Shown here piece by piece: positions 37,526 through 47,192 of a stretch of DNA of 64,000 nt. Source of the stretch: a virus. Each line of letters starts with the position of its first letter. Position 1 is the first letter of the stretch. A model generated the notes under the pieces. That model was not told where the DNA came from and made no database searches. It was given only the letters and a program-made list of their open reading frames with translations. The position numbers and the translations under genes are program-made. Location: positions 1 through 64,000 of the IMG/VR virus record IMGVR_UViG_3300037042_003932; one strand, 5' to 3'.

Positions 37526-38727
37526 GCTATGCATATCTGTTGAACTTCAACCAAATGCCCCACAAAGAGTTCTGGCATCTCGTGAAGACTACGAACGCAG
37601 CCGCTAAGCTCTCGTTCCAGTTAGCCTGGGCTGACGTGGGAGCAGGTAAAGTTCTCTCAGAGAAAGAAGCCCAAAAGGCCCTCAACAACCTGTTCATCTA
37701 CTCGCACCAACGAATCCTTGAGAAGGGACTCGATAAGATTTTCCCCACGCAACAGCTGTACACTAACGCTCTGGTCTCAGTCGATGACATGTGGTGGGTG
37801 GACCACTATACGGCTGGCATCAATATGTGGTCCACACTGAATTGGTTCAGCTCGCGTAAAAAGGCAGATGGTAAATTCAACGGGGCGTCCACGCACTTCG
37901 TTCAGGACTATCATGGTGACCCCATGTACCTGATTTCTCTGCATAACGGCGCGTGGCATGAACCCCGGAAGAACAAGGACTCTATCGCCATCGAGATGGT
38001 TAACGCAGGCAAGATGTTCCGTAACGAGCAGGGTGAGTGGCGTTACTGGGCAAACGTGGTTCCACAGAATCTCATTGACGAGCTCCCTCCGGTAGCTATT
38101 ACGCCCCAGTATAAAGGTGCGTCGTACCTCCAGCCGTTCACTCTCGACCAAGTGGTCAACAACATCAAAATCAAGCGCCTCGTAAAGATGGCTCTCGGGG
38201 AGAGACTGTCGGCTATCCGGATGTCCCAGCACTCAGATTGGCGAGAGGGAAAGTCGGATATGGGTCCAATGTGGCCCTTTGCCGACTGTAATGGTGGGGT
38301 GTTCACTGCTGGGTCATACCCCGTTGACCAACTTTCGTTTATCCAAGACTTTGAGAACTCACCCCTCTCGAAGCCAGAGGTCATCCAGCAGCACTACGCC
38401 GTCGTTGAAGAGAACAACGGCAGTCCCGAATACGGCGTAAATTCTCCAACAAGCGATGACGACGAACCTGACTACCATAAACACGTTCTGTCTGTGGTAG
38501 AAGCAAGACCCAAGCTCGATGAACTTGGCTTTACGAGCAAGTCTAAGATCTACGATGCTCCGTTTAGGCAGTCCGTCGAGATGTTCCAAGCGGCCTGGAA
38601 TCATAGGAAGATGGACCTATATCCCGAGGAAGTCTTAGTTGTCGACGGGATTCTTGGTCCGAAAACAACCACAGCCTTGCTGGCTGCGTCGAAGCAGTAT
38701 GGCATCGACAACATCAACTGGAGGTAG
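37522..38727 (+). CDS. N-acetylmuramoyl-L-alanine amidase (endolysin-like) with peptidoglycan-binding domain
   Basis: HYTAG, ASTHF, AWH, SIAIEM, QHSD..KSD; C-terminal VDGILGPKT. Confidence 0.85.
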   Translation: MSYAYLLNFNQMPHKEFWHLVKTTNAAAKLSFQLAWADVGAGKVLSEKEAQKALNNLFIYSHQRILEKGLDKIFPTQQLYTNALVSVDDMWWVDHYTAGINMWSTLNWFSSRKKADGKFNGASTHFVQDYHGDPMYLISLHNGAWHEPRKNKDSIAIEMVNAGKMFRNEQGEWRYWANVVPQNLIDELPPVAITPQYKGASYLQPFTLDQVVNNIKIKRLVKMALGERLSAIRMSQHSDWREGKSDMGPMWPFADCNGGVFTAGSYPVDQLSFIQDFENSPLSKPEVIQQHYAVVEENNGSPEYGVNSPTSDDDEPDYHKHVLSVVEARPKLDELGFTSKSKIYDAPFRQSVEMFQAAWNHRKMDLYPEEVLVVDGILGPKTTTALLAASKQYGIDNINWR

Positions 38728-38728
38728 C

Positions 38729-39145
38729 ATGAATATCAAGGTTCCTACGAAGTGTTCGCGTTGTGGTCGGGTCAGTGAGACCGAACTCCCGCTTGAGGAG
38801 GTTAGCCACATCGTCGAGAACGAAGCGGCGCGTAAGAACGCTATCGAGGAGTTCACGAGAGCCGTGTTGGACACCACGGACGTACCGAATCTCCCTGACG
38901 TCATCATCATCCACAAGGACGCTGACGGCTCGTTGGTTATTGAGTCTCACGACAACCTGTGCTCTCTCGACGGCAAGCGCAACAAGGGCTGTAAGTCTCG
39001 TGTCAAGTACCTAATCGAGGACATCATGTTCAGGATCAAACATGAGAAGGTCGAAGAGACGGTGGAAAACGAGACTCCGAAGAAGAAACGGCGAACCAAG
39101 TCTGAGATGGAAGCTGCTAAAGTGGCGGCAGAAAAAGCAGAGTAA
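38729..39145 (+). CDS. Zinc-ribbon hypothetical protein
   Basis: GGAGG RBS; CSRC..C..C; basic tail KKKRRTKSEM. Confidence 0.65.
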   Translation: MNIKVPTKCSRCGRVSETELPLEEVSHIVENEAARKNAIEEFTRAVLDTTDVPNLPDVIIIHKDADGSLVIESHDNLCSLDGKRNKGCKSRVKYLIEDIMFRIKHEKVEETVENETPKKKRRTKSEMEAAKVAAEKAE

Positions 39146-39146
39146 C

Positions 39147-39311
39147 ATGGAGAAGTACGGAGTAGACGAAAAGATTGACCGTACAAAACTAGGTACAGAG
39201 GAGAGCGTCGAAAAAGAACGTTGTCCTTGGTGCCAGCGTGTTCTTGTTAATCCTAAGAAGATCGGTGGAATCCTGAAGTGCCCTATGCATGGGACGGAGC
39301 CCTTCGAATGA
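39147..39311 (+). CDS. Small zinc-finger protein
   Basis: CPWC..CPMH; coupled to both neighbours. Confidence 0.6.
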   Translation: MEKYGVDEKIDRTKLGTEESVEKERCPWCQRVLVNPKKIGGILKCPMHGTEPFE

Positions 39312-39538
39312 CACGAACACCTATCCGGAGAAAACGCGTTGACCCTGAGAAGACCATCCAGGCTATACGTGCTCTGTATATGACTGCGTACAACTCTGAG
39401 AAGAGTCTACTCTTGTGCTCGACCGAGCTATTTCATCTTTTGGGCGATATCCTAGAAGGCGTCCCGCCCGAAAGACTCAGCATGATTCATATAGACAAGT
39501 CAGAAGTGCTAGCAGAGTTAGCTGCCGCATCTGAATAA
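39308..39538 (+). CDS. Small hypothetical protein
   Basis: ATGA overlap with upstream stop. Confidence 0.55.
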   Translation: MTRTPIRRKRVDPEKTIQAIRALYMTAYNSEKSLLLCSTELFHLLGDILEGVPPERLSMIHIDKSEVLAELAAASE

Positions 39539-39566
39539 TGTACCCCAACAAAGTAGGAGCAAAGAC

Positions 39567-40574
39567 GTGGCTAAAACTGAATCGACAATCCCCACGGAAT
39601 CCGAGCAAGACGATATCTTGAGCTCTGTCATTCCTGTCGAGGCCGAGGTACAAGCCGAACAGCCCGACGACAAGAAGAAGAAAAAGGGAGCTAAGGTAGA
39701 GATGGCTAGCAGCGGGCTACAGAACACAAAGCTCGATATCAATTTGATTGATCTCCCAGAGCGCTGGAATCGTGACAAAGCTGGAGACCTCAAGAATCTC
39801 ACCCAGTCCATCAAGATAAAGGGACAGCTTGTTCCACTGGCCGTTCGCCCGAACCCTGAAAACCCCAAGAGGTACATCCTCGTTGACGGTCGTCGCCGGT
39901 ACATGTCGATGCTCGATCTCGGGATCAAAGAGGTCAATGTCTCTCTCGTCCTCGACGACAACGACGTAGACGCGTACATGACTTCCATGGCCACCAACCT
40001 GGCTCGCACCGGACACAACTGCGTCGAGATCGCAGAGTCATTCACGTACCTTACCCAGAGCGGGAAGAAGCAAAAAGACATCGCAGCGTCTTGCGGCTTG
40101 AGCGATGCCTACGTGTCGCAGCACCTCGGAATCTTGGATCTCCCCCCGGAAATCCTGAAGCTGGCACGTACCGAGAAGTTGAACTTCGCACACCTCCGCG
40201 TGTTCAAGAGTGTCTTCAACGACGAAGACATGTCTTTCTTCAACAAGCTGACCGACAGGGTTATCACGAATAACCTTCCTCCGGATAAGGCCGATGAGGC
40301 TGTGTCCCGGTACAAAGAGCGCAAGCGTGCCAAGGAAGAGGCAGCGGGTAAGAAGTCCAAGAAGACTGGTCGTCCTGCGAAGAAGGGCAAAGACCCTATG
40401 GACTACGATACCGTCGCTACCTCCATCAAACCGATCCCGAAGAAAGAAATCCTCGAGCTGCTCAAGGAGTATGCTGACAGGTACAAGGGTTCTGGTTCTA
40501 AGACCCGGACTGCGTACTACGAGGGTTTCCTTCACGGCGCAGAGACGGTTGGCGGAATCCGCGAGACAAAGTAA
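39567..40574 (+). CDS. parB: ParB/Spo0J-family protein
   Basis: SIKIKGQLVPLAVR, LVDGRRR (GxRR), NLAR, HTH KQKDIAASCGLSDAYVSQHL. Confidence 0.85.
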   Translation: MAKTESTIPTESEQDDILSSVIPVEAEVQAEQPDDKKKKKGAKVEMASSGLQNTKLDINLIDLPERWNRDKAGDLKNLTQSIKIKGQLVPLAVRPNPENPKRYILVDGRRRYMSMLDLGIKEVNVSLVLDDNDVDAYMTSMATNLARTGHNCVEIAESFTYLTQSGKKQKDIAASCGLSDAYVSQHLGILDLPPEILKLARTEKLNFAHLRVFKSVFNDEDMSFFNKLTDRVITNNLPPDKADEAVSRYKERKRAKEEAAGKKSKKTGRPAKKGKDPMDYDTVATSIKPIPKKEILELLKEYADRYKGSGSKTRTAYYEGFLHGAETVGGIRETK

Positions 40575-41591
40575 TCATCTTCTGACGAATCCCACCTGTT
40601 CGCTCATATCAAATAATTGACGCCGTAAATTCTTAAGAACAGATACCTTTATCTGTCGAACGCGCTCGACAGTAACTCCCGTAGTAGCTGCAAGCTGCGG
40701 AAGAGTTTTGGGATCTGTTTTCCGGTCGTCAGTGGCTATGTTGTAGTACTGCAAAAGGATGAACCTGTCTCTGGGTCGGATAGGCATAAGGTTTAGGACT
40801 TGACGAAGTAACTCGGCGCTGTCGTTGTTAATAGTCAAATCTTCAATTGTGTCGTCCGACTCAGGACGGTTCATCGCTTCTTCTATAGGGACTACACACG
40901 ACATCGTAGTGATCTCTTCAGCGTTAACCGCGATGAAGTCGTGTAGTCTTTTTCGCGCAGAGGGACACTTGGTTCGTAATGGGTTATCCGTTCGAAGACC
41001 GCAGAAAATACATTCGTACGACCCGAGCTTTTGATTCTTCTTTACGGCTTTTTGTTTGTGCGAAGGTACATGGACAATACCGCTCGCGTGCAATTCATCG
41101 AGCATCTCTTTACGTATCCACCACGATGCGTAGGTTAAGAACCTAGTCGACCGGGTCATGTCAAATTTGTCTAGAGCCAGCAAGAGACCGACGTTTCCTG
41201 CTGATATTAGCTTTTGGATTACTTCTGGTGACTTGGATAGCTTCTTAGCGGTTGTCACTACAAAGCGTAGATTAGTGACGATGAGTTCTTCTCTGGAGGC
41301 CATATCCCGAGTTGAACCGCATAGTGGACAGTAGACAGGAGGGATAAAACAGTCAAAACGTGTGTTACATTCGGTACAAGTAATGGCTTTACCTGTCACA
41401 CGTTTCGGCGTCGGTGTTCCGCATTTCGTGCAGTTATTTCGCTTAACTAAGTGCGGGAGTCGTTTATGGCATTTGGGACAACTCTTATACAAAACTAGAA
41501 GTTCACGTTCACGCTTAGGCGTAAGAACTTTATGTTTACCCACGTCTTCGTAGTAGGTTCTGAATGTTCGACTCTCAAAGAAACTGTCCAT
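40575..41591 (-). CDS. Sigma70-family factor with zinc-ribbon insertions
   Basis: LTPKREREL (1.2), NLRFVV (2.1), LISAGNVGLL.ALDKFD (2.2), RFLTYASWWIR (2.3-2.4), TLPQLA..GVTVERVRQI (4.2). Confidence 0.9.
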   Translation of the reverse strand: MDSFFESRTFRTYYEDVGKHKVLTPKRERELLVLYKSCPKCHKRLPHLVKRNNCTKCGTPTPKRVTGKAITCTECNTRFDCFIPPVYCPLCGSTRDMASREELIVTNLRFVVTTAKKLSKSPEVIQKLISAGNVGLLLALDKFDMTRSTRFLTYASWWIRKEMLDELHASGIVHVPSHKQKAVKKNQKLGSYECIFCGLRTDNPLRTKCPSARKRLHDFIAVNAEEITTMSCVVPIEEAMNRPESDDTIEDLTINNDSAELLRQVLNLMPIRPRDRFILLQYYNIATDDRKTDPKTLPQLAATTGVTVERVRQIKVSVLKNLRRQLFDMSEQVGFVRR

Positions 41592-41680
41592 GATTTTCTC
41601 CTTAGTGTTTAGTGGTCGAAAGCGGTGGACAACGCAACGTGTGCAAGGTAGGCTTTATGCCTTCTGCAAGGAGAACAACA

Positions 41681-42700
41681 ATGGCAAAACAAAAGACCGT
41701 CTCCCCCAACCCCGAACAGACAGAGGTGAAACCAATGAGCGATGCTCCGACCGAGAATGCTGCAATTGAGAAAAGTCATCCCGCTCCTTCAGCTATGTCC
41801 TTGCTACAAAGTTATACCCATATTCCGGAGTTCGTCGAGCGTTATGGTAAACAACTCGTAAGGATCGAAAAGGAAAACGTCACTGCCGAGCTTATCGACG
41901 AAACGCTCTGGAAGCTTCCCGAAGATATCCAAGATAAGCTGTTCGCCCTCGTGGCCAAAATGAACCCGCAAAAGAAGGGCGTCGTCGCCGCTGGTGCGGT
42001 GACCGAGTTCCTGGAAGCCCGCGTTAACCAGGGAACCGGTAACGACCCTAACCGTCCTGAGGATTCTATCGCAGGACACTTCTACCTCTCCAGCTCTGAA
42101 AAGATGGGGAAAGAGTTCCTCGCTACGCCCATCCTTCTGTGGGAAGGATGCCAGAAGTGGGAGAAGCGGGATGCAAACGACCCGAAGCCTGCCATTCCCG
42201 AGTGCACATCGCATGACCGTATCGTCGGAGACAAGTACGGACACTGCGAAAAGTGCTTATACCTGCCCTGGCGGGACAACAAACCGAATGAGTGTTCCAA
42301 TACCGTAAGCGCAATCCTTCTCACGAAGGACCCCATGAACATCGTCATGATGCGCTTCCAGCGTACGTCTACCCCCGGTGGGACGCAGCTCGTGAAGCTC
42401 GCCCGTCGCGGTAGCGTTCCGTGGGCTCGGTGGTACAAGTTCGCCACGGAGAAACAAGAGAAGGTTGATAAGCGTTGGTACACAATCACGGCAATCCCAG
42501 TCGATGAGAAGGTGGAGCCAAACCTCCAGAAGTTCTGTGATCTGATGTGCACCGTCGCAGAGCGCGATTACCTGTATCCCAAGCTGGCGCGGAACTACGC
42601 ACAGGAACCAGAACCAGCACTCCCCTCGGCAACAACTGGACCAGTGTCTACCGAGATGAGTGAAGCCGACCTGGGCAGTTTCGGCGGGGTAAACGTCTAG
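41681..42700 (+). CDS. Probable ssDNA-binding or recombination protein
   Basis: AAGGAG RBS, high-expression codon bias, C..C..C..C site, acidic C-tail, own terminator; position in replication module. Confidence 0.45.
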   Translation: MAKQKTVSPNPEQTEVKPMSDAPTENAAIEKSHPAPSAMSLLQSYTHIPEFVERYGKQLVRIEKENVTAELIDETLWKLPEDIQDKLFALVAKMNPQKKGVVAAGAVTEFLEARVNQGTGNDPNRPEDSIAGHFYLSSSEKMGKEFLATPILLWEGCQKWEKRDANDPKPAIPECTSHDRIVGDKYGHCEKCLYLPWRDNKPNECSNTVSAILLTKDPMNIVMMRFQRTSTPGGTQLVKLARRGSVPWARWYKFATEKQEKVDKRWYTITAIPVDEKVEPNLQKFCDLMCTVAERDYLYPKLARNYAQEPEPALPSATTGPVSTEMSEADLGSFGGVNV

Positions 42701-42715
42701 TGTTCTAAGTTCTGT

Positions 42716-42770
42716 GGGACCCCTCTCTGATACGGCGTAATTGCGTATCAGAGAGGAGGTCTCCTTTTTT
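42716..42770 (+). terminator. Intrinsic terminator
   Basis: 13-bp stem CCTCTCTGATACG / CGTATCAGAGAGG, extendable, followed by TTTTTT. Confidence 0.8.
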
Positions 42771-42790
42771 CATGTGAAAGAGGTACCCTT

Positions 42791-43672
42791 ATGACCTGCA
42801 AATTGAGCCCGTTTCTGTTGGAACACGCTGCATGGTCTTTGAGCAAAGTAGAAACAGTCAAACAATGCCCCCGGAAGTTTTGGTATACGTACATCAACAA
42901 GCCGAACAAAGCTGCTTTAGGTATTGTAGATAGTTCTGAAGCTCGAACAGGTAAGGCTATTCATCGCGTACTCGAACTCATGCTGAAGGGACACCCTTTA
43001 GACTTCGCAATATCTACAGTGATACGCGAAAAACAGTTGCTCACAAAAGAGATCGAAGCAGTAGAAGCGTCGCGTCCTGCTGCTACAAAATTCATAAGAA
43101 CGTTTAACGCGTTCAGGAACTCACATGGAGACCATGACCTCATTGTCGAGGCCCAAGTAGCTGCGGGCTTCAACGGAGAAAAGAAACCATACTTCGAAAA
43201 ACGAGGAGCTCCTAACACACTGTTGTTGCGTGGAATGATCGACGTAGGGTGCATCTTCAAAGATAAACCCACTGCGATGGTTATCGACCACAAAACTGGT
43301 AAGAACAAAGGCATAGCGAATCACGCGCACCAGATGGATTGTTATGCCTTGCTTATCAAGGCGAACTATCCGCACGTTACAAAGATGATTCCAGCGATCC
43401 ATTGGGTTCAAGATCAGCTAGTCGAGACGTGTGACAACATCGACTTAACCAATCTTGACGCCCTCGTTGATAAGGTCGTACAGTTCATGTTGGACGCCAC
43501 CATTGAGGTTGATGGCTCTAACCTTGAAACTACTAAGACTGGAATCCTCTGCAACTGGTGTGACTACTACTCGTTGTGCCCCGCTCACGTTACTGACTCA
43601 CTAGGTGGTGCTCATGGCGAAATCAAAAAAGAGGGACAAACAATCGAAGGACTCGAAGGTCTTAACACGTGA
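42791..43672 (+). CDS. PD-(D/E)XK exonuclease, Cas4/AddB-like
   Basis: CPRK, GKAIH, RGMID, IDHKTG, QMDCY, CNWCDYYSLC. Confidence 0.85.
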   Translation: MTCKLSPFLLEHAAWSLSKVETVKQCPRKFWYTYINKPNKAALGIVDSSEARTGKAIHRVLELMLKGHPLDFAISTVIREKQLLTKEIEAVEASRPAATKFIRTFNAFRNSHGDHDLIVEAQVAAGFNGEKKPYFEKRGAPNTLLLRGMIDVGCIFKDKPTAMVIDHKTGKNKGIANHAHQMDCYALLIKANYPHVTKMIPAIHWVQDQLVETCDNIDLTNLDALVDKVVQFMLDATIEVDGSNLETTKTGILCNWCDYYSLCPAHVTDSLGGAHGEIKKEGQTIEGLEGLNT

Positions 43673-46600
43673 ACAATGTGCTAAGATATGGCCTCTAATC
43701 AAAGCAGAAGACTGGGTAAAGTTCGCAAAAGAGGCCGGTAGACCTGATCTCAGATTTACCGCGACGTCCCCAACATCCGTTCTCGGTTTGTGCCCTACAC
43801 CGGCACATGCTGAGACTAATCCGTCATTTACTATCAACGGTACTGACGGAATCTGTGGTTGCTTTGGATGTAAGTGGTCAACGACAAATCCCATAGTCCT
43901 TTACTCCGTAATCACACAGAAGACTATTCCTGAGAGTTTCTCGGACCTGCACGCGAAGTATCGGCTCACTTTCTTACCAAAAGATTACGGTGAACAGTTA
44001 GAAGCACAGCGGCTCAACTCAGCAATGAAGAGAGCCGCTGAAGCTATCTTCCATGATGAGCTTTGCCAAGCGATTGCATGCGATTGCACGGGAGAATACG
44101 AGTACGCTCGGAAGGCTGTGGACTGGCTCATCACGGAGCGCCAGATAAATAAAGATGTCATCCCGTCTCTCCCGATTGGAATCTTTCCAACTATCGCTCA
44201 GCTTAGTAAGAAGTTAACAGCCAGGTTCATACAGAGAGCTGCTCTCGAGAACGAGACTAACCCGTCTACAGTAATAACTACCGAGAAACTAGAAGACCAC
44301 GCAGGAACTGCAGTCACGTATTTCTCTGACTTCTCTCGCGCAGGAGTTAACGACAAGTTCATCGGTGCTCCGGTATTTACGCTGTACAATTCGCCACATA
44401 ACATCGGGCGATTCAAGATGCGTTTACCTGAGAAGGGTCACACGCATGTGATGCCCGATGACCCCTTTGAGGAGATCCCTGGGGTTTATGGGTTAGGGTG
44501 GGACCAATACAAAGCTTGTTGGGACCCAAAGGCAAAAACCCAAGCGGCGTATGCTGTCGAAGGAGAGATGGACTGTTTATCTCTCATGGCGCATATGGCT
44601 GAGACTGGTAACATCTGGGGTCCCGTTGTCAGCTTAGGTGGCACAGGAACAATCGAGGGCTCAGAAGAATCTCTAATACGTAGTCAGGTCACGGACGTCT
44701 ATTTTATCGGAGACGCTCCAAACAAAGGCGGGGACGAGAAGACCAGCTCCAGCGGAGACGTAGCAGTTACTAAGTGGCTATCTGTTTACTCAAAGATTCG
44801 TTCCTACGTTTTTAGCCACGAGGCTTGGGAAAAGTTAGCACCAGCTGATGACCCGGATAACGCAATGCACCTTGATTGCGTAGGACCGGACAAGACGTTT
44901 CTCGAGCTGTATACAAACCGAACGGAGAATTACCAACCCTCAGGGCATTGGCTCTTCGAAAAGGCGTACGACAAGCTCGAGAAATTAGACCCCACAGACT
45001 ACCGAGGACTAACTGAAATAGCAGTTGAGGTCGGTAGGGTACTGCTGAACCTACTAGACAGAGAAGCGTATGTTCAAAGTATCTGTGAGGCATTCCCCAC
45101 ACTAAAGCCTGACCCGTTAAAGCGAGCTCTCACTAGCAGCCTCGTGTCTGAAGAAGCGTTCATCATGCGCTTCAAAGAGGCAATTGAAGCCCTCATGTTC
45201 GTAGTAGGTACTGACAGTGCTAACGCTGATCGGAGGTTACTGTGTGTCGGTCGACAGAAAAATACAGTCTACTCGTTCAAGTTGGACAGCCCCACTTCTG
45301 CAGTAAAAGAACTCGCTACTATCTCGGGTGGTATCGCTAGGTTCATTGACGACCACGTTGGTTGGCCTTCCTTCGTACCAAACCCAAGCACCAAAGAAGG
45401 TGATGGGTGTATGGAGTCCATAGATAAGACGCTGAGATTCTATGCTAACGAGGCCGTTATGCGTGCTGCAGTAGGTGTTCCTGATCTCAAAGACCATGAC
45501 TTATTACGGCAGGGGTATCACTGTATAAGAGACTCATACGGGAATGTGAAAGGGGAGTACGTTGTTGACGGTGGAAGTATTCATAAGATCGTATCTAGGG
45601 ATCATAGCGGGGCACACTGGAACCTGCTAGATGGTCCACGAGATGAAAACATCATATTCGATACGGGGTACACGCACAGAACAATCGAGGAGCCATGGTA
45701 CCCTGGTGGCTTGGACGTTGACACGCTGGAGAAGGGTAACGACGTAGACCTATTAAGGCTGTATAACGACCTCGTAGCAGTTTTCACAGACGGTTTCTTC
45801 TTTAAGAATCACGACGTCGTTCCGAAAATGTTGGGAGCTATGCTCATGGTGCTAGCTGTCAACAACTGCTTCCCTCGACAAATCATGGCGTCAGTCACAG
45901 GTGAGACAAGTTCTGGGAAATCTTCTTTCTTATCTACGTTAAGCAATATAGGTGGCGCTAAATCCATGAGGCTCCTTCTTTGCTCAGTGGGATTCGACGG
46001 ATTCTCCGAAGCAGGTATCAGTGCTCATATCGACAACTCACGAAAGGCTCTGTGCCTAGACGAGGCTGAGTCTGATGAAGGTACTCGTAGGTCTGAAGCT
46101 GTTGGTATGATCAATGAGTTGTTCCGGAGTTGCGTGTCTGGTGAGGGTGCGCGTATCCGTTCTTCGAATAACGGCACTTCAGACGTGAGTATACGTAAGA
46201 TATTTTGTCCGGTGATTTACAGCGGAATTAGTGGGGTGCACAAGGCTCAAGACATGAATCGTATGATCATGATTGAGACCAAAAGAGTCGAGGGCCGCGA
46301 TAATGTGAAGAACATTATCCATGCCAAATATGGTGAAGATTTTGCTCCAGATATCGCGAAGAGACTTGCTGTTGGGATGTACCGTCACGTTCCAGCCTTA
46401 ATGGAGAGCTACGCCAAGATCGAGCGGTTATACCCCACGTTCCACACATTCGTAGGAACCAAGATAGAGTATAGATACGCCTCGGGCCTGTTTGGTATGT
46501 TAGCGGTCCTAGACGTAATCGGCCTCAATTGGAAAGAGTTCTTAACTGATTTCGTGACGTCTAATACCGAGGCTATCGACCGTGCTACCAAGTACTCAGA

Positions 46601-47192
46601 GTCTAACTCTACCTTAACGGCTATGATGCACAACCCAGTCATACGTGTTCCATCCGGGGACAAAGATATGCCGCTACTTTTCAGGTCGATTGCACAGCTT
46701 ATGGTCAATCCAGGACAGAGGCATTATATCAACGAATCCTCTGTGGGTATTTTCTTAGACGAAGAGCGACAACTTCTGCTTGTGCTACTTGACCAAGTTA
46801 TCAAACGGTTGCTCCCGTACCAAGAAAAGTTAACAGCTAGCACCCTGCGTCAAACACTGACACGCGGTAACAACACCCTGTCAGATCAACGCGTAATCGA
46901 ATCCCAAATACTTGAGACCAGCAGACAGTACTTAGGTAATGGAATCACGACGCATGACGTTGTCGTCTTCGAGGCTGGCATGTGGCTCAGTAGAGCAAAA
47001 AGTAACGAAAACAATGGAAAAGGAATTGTTACTCCTCAAGCACTAACCAATCAAAAAGAAATGGCGGTTGGCGATGACAGACCAACAGACACAGGACCCA
47101 CCTCCGAATCCACCCCCGGACCCGAGTCCAAAAAAGACGAGGAAGAAGTCATCGAAACGATCAGCTACGGACCAGGAGAAACTAACTTCTAA
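43614..47192 (+). CDS. DNA primase-helicase fusion
   Basis: CHC2-like zinc finger (CPTPAH..CFGC), TOPRIM (VEGEMD, DPD), Walker A GETSSGKS, Walker B LCLDE. Confidence 0.8.
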   Translation: MAKSKKRDKQSKDSKVLTREQCAKIWPLIKAEDWVKFAKEAGRPDLRFTATSPTSVLGLCPTPAHAETNPSFTINGTDGICGCFGCKWSTTNPIVLYSVITQKTIPESFSDLHAKYRLTFLPKDYGEQLEAQRLNSAMKRAAEAIFHDELCQAIACDCTGEYEYARKAVDWLITERQINKDVIPSLPIGIFPTIAQLSKKLTARFIQRAALENETNPSTVITTEKLEDHAGTAVTYFSDFSRAGVNDKFIGAPVFTLYNSPHNIGRFKMRLPEKGHTHVMPDDPFEEIPGVYGLGWDQYKACWDPKAKTQAAYAVEGEMDCLSLMAHMAETGNIWGPVVSLGGTGTIEGSEESLIRSQVTDVYFIGDAPNKGGDEKTSSSGDVAVTKWLSVYSKIRSYVFSHEAWEKLAPADDPDNAMHLDCVGPDKTFLELYTNRTENYQPSGHWLFEKAYDKLEKLDPTDYRGLTEIAVEVGRVLLNLLDREAYVQSICEAFPTLKPDPLKRALTSSLVSEEAFIMRFKEAIEALMFVVGTDSANADRRLLCVGRQKNTVYSFKLDSPTSAVKELATISGGIARFIDDHVGWPSFVPNPSTKEGDGCMESIDKTLRFYANEAVMRAAVGVPDLKDHDLLRQGYHCIRDSYGNVKGEYVVDGGSIHKIVSRDHSGAHWNLLDGPRDENIIFDTGYTHRTIEEPWYPGGLDVDTLEKGNDVDLLRLYNDLVAVFTDGFFFKNHDVVPKMLGAMLMVLAVNNCFPRQIMASVTGETSSGKSSFLSTLSNIGGAKSMRLLLCSVGFDGFSEAGISAHIDNSRKALCLDEAESDEGTRRSEAVGMINELFRSCVSGEGARIRSSNNGTSDVSIRKIFCPVIYSGISGVHKAQDMNRMIMIETKRVEGRDNVKNIIHAKYGEDFAPDIAKRLAVGMYRHVPALMESYAKIERLYPTFHTFVGTKIEYRYASGLFGMLAVLDVIGLNWKEFLTDFVTSNTEAIDRATKYSESNSTLTAMMHNPVIRVPSGDKDMPLLFRSIAQLMVNPGQRHYINESSVGIFLDEERQLLLVLLDQVIKRLLPYQEKLTASTLRQTLTRGNNTLSDQRVIESQILETSRQYLGNGITTHDVVVFEAGMWLSRAKSNENNGKGIVTPQALTNQKEMAVGDDRPTDTGPTSESTPGPESKKDEEEVIETISYGPGETNF

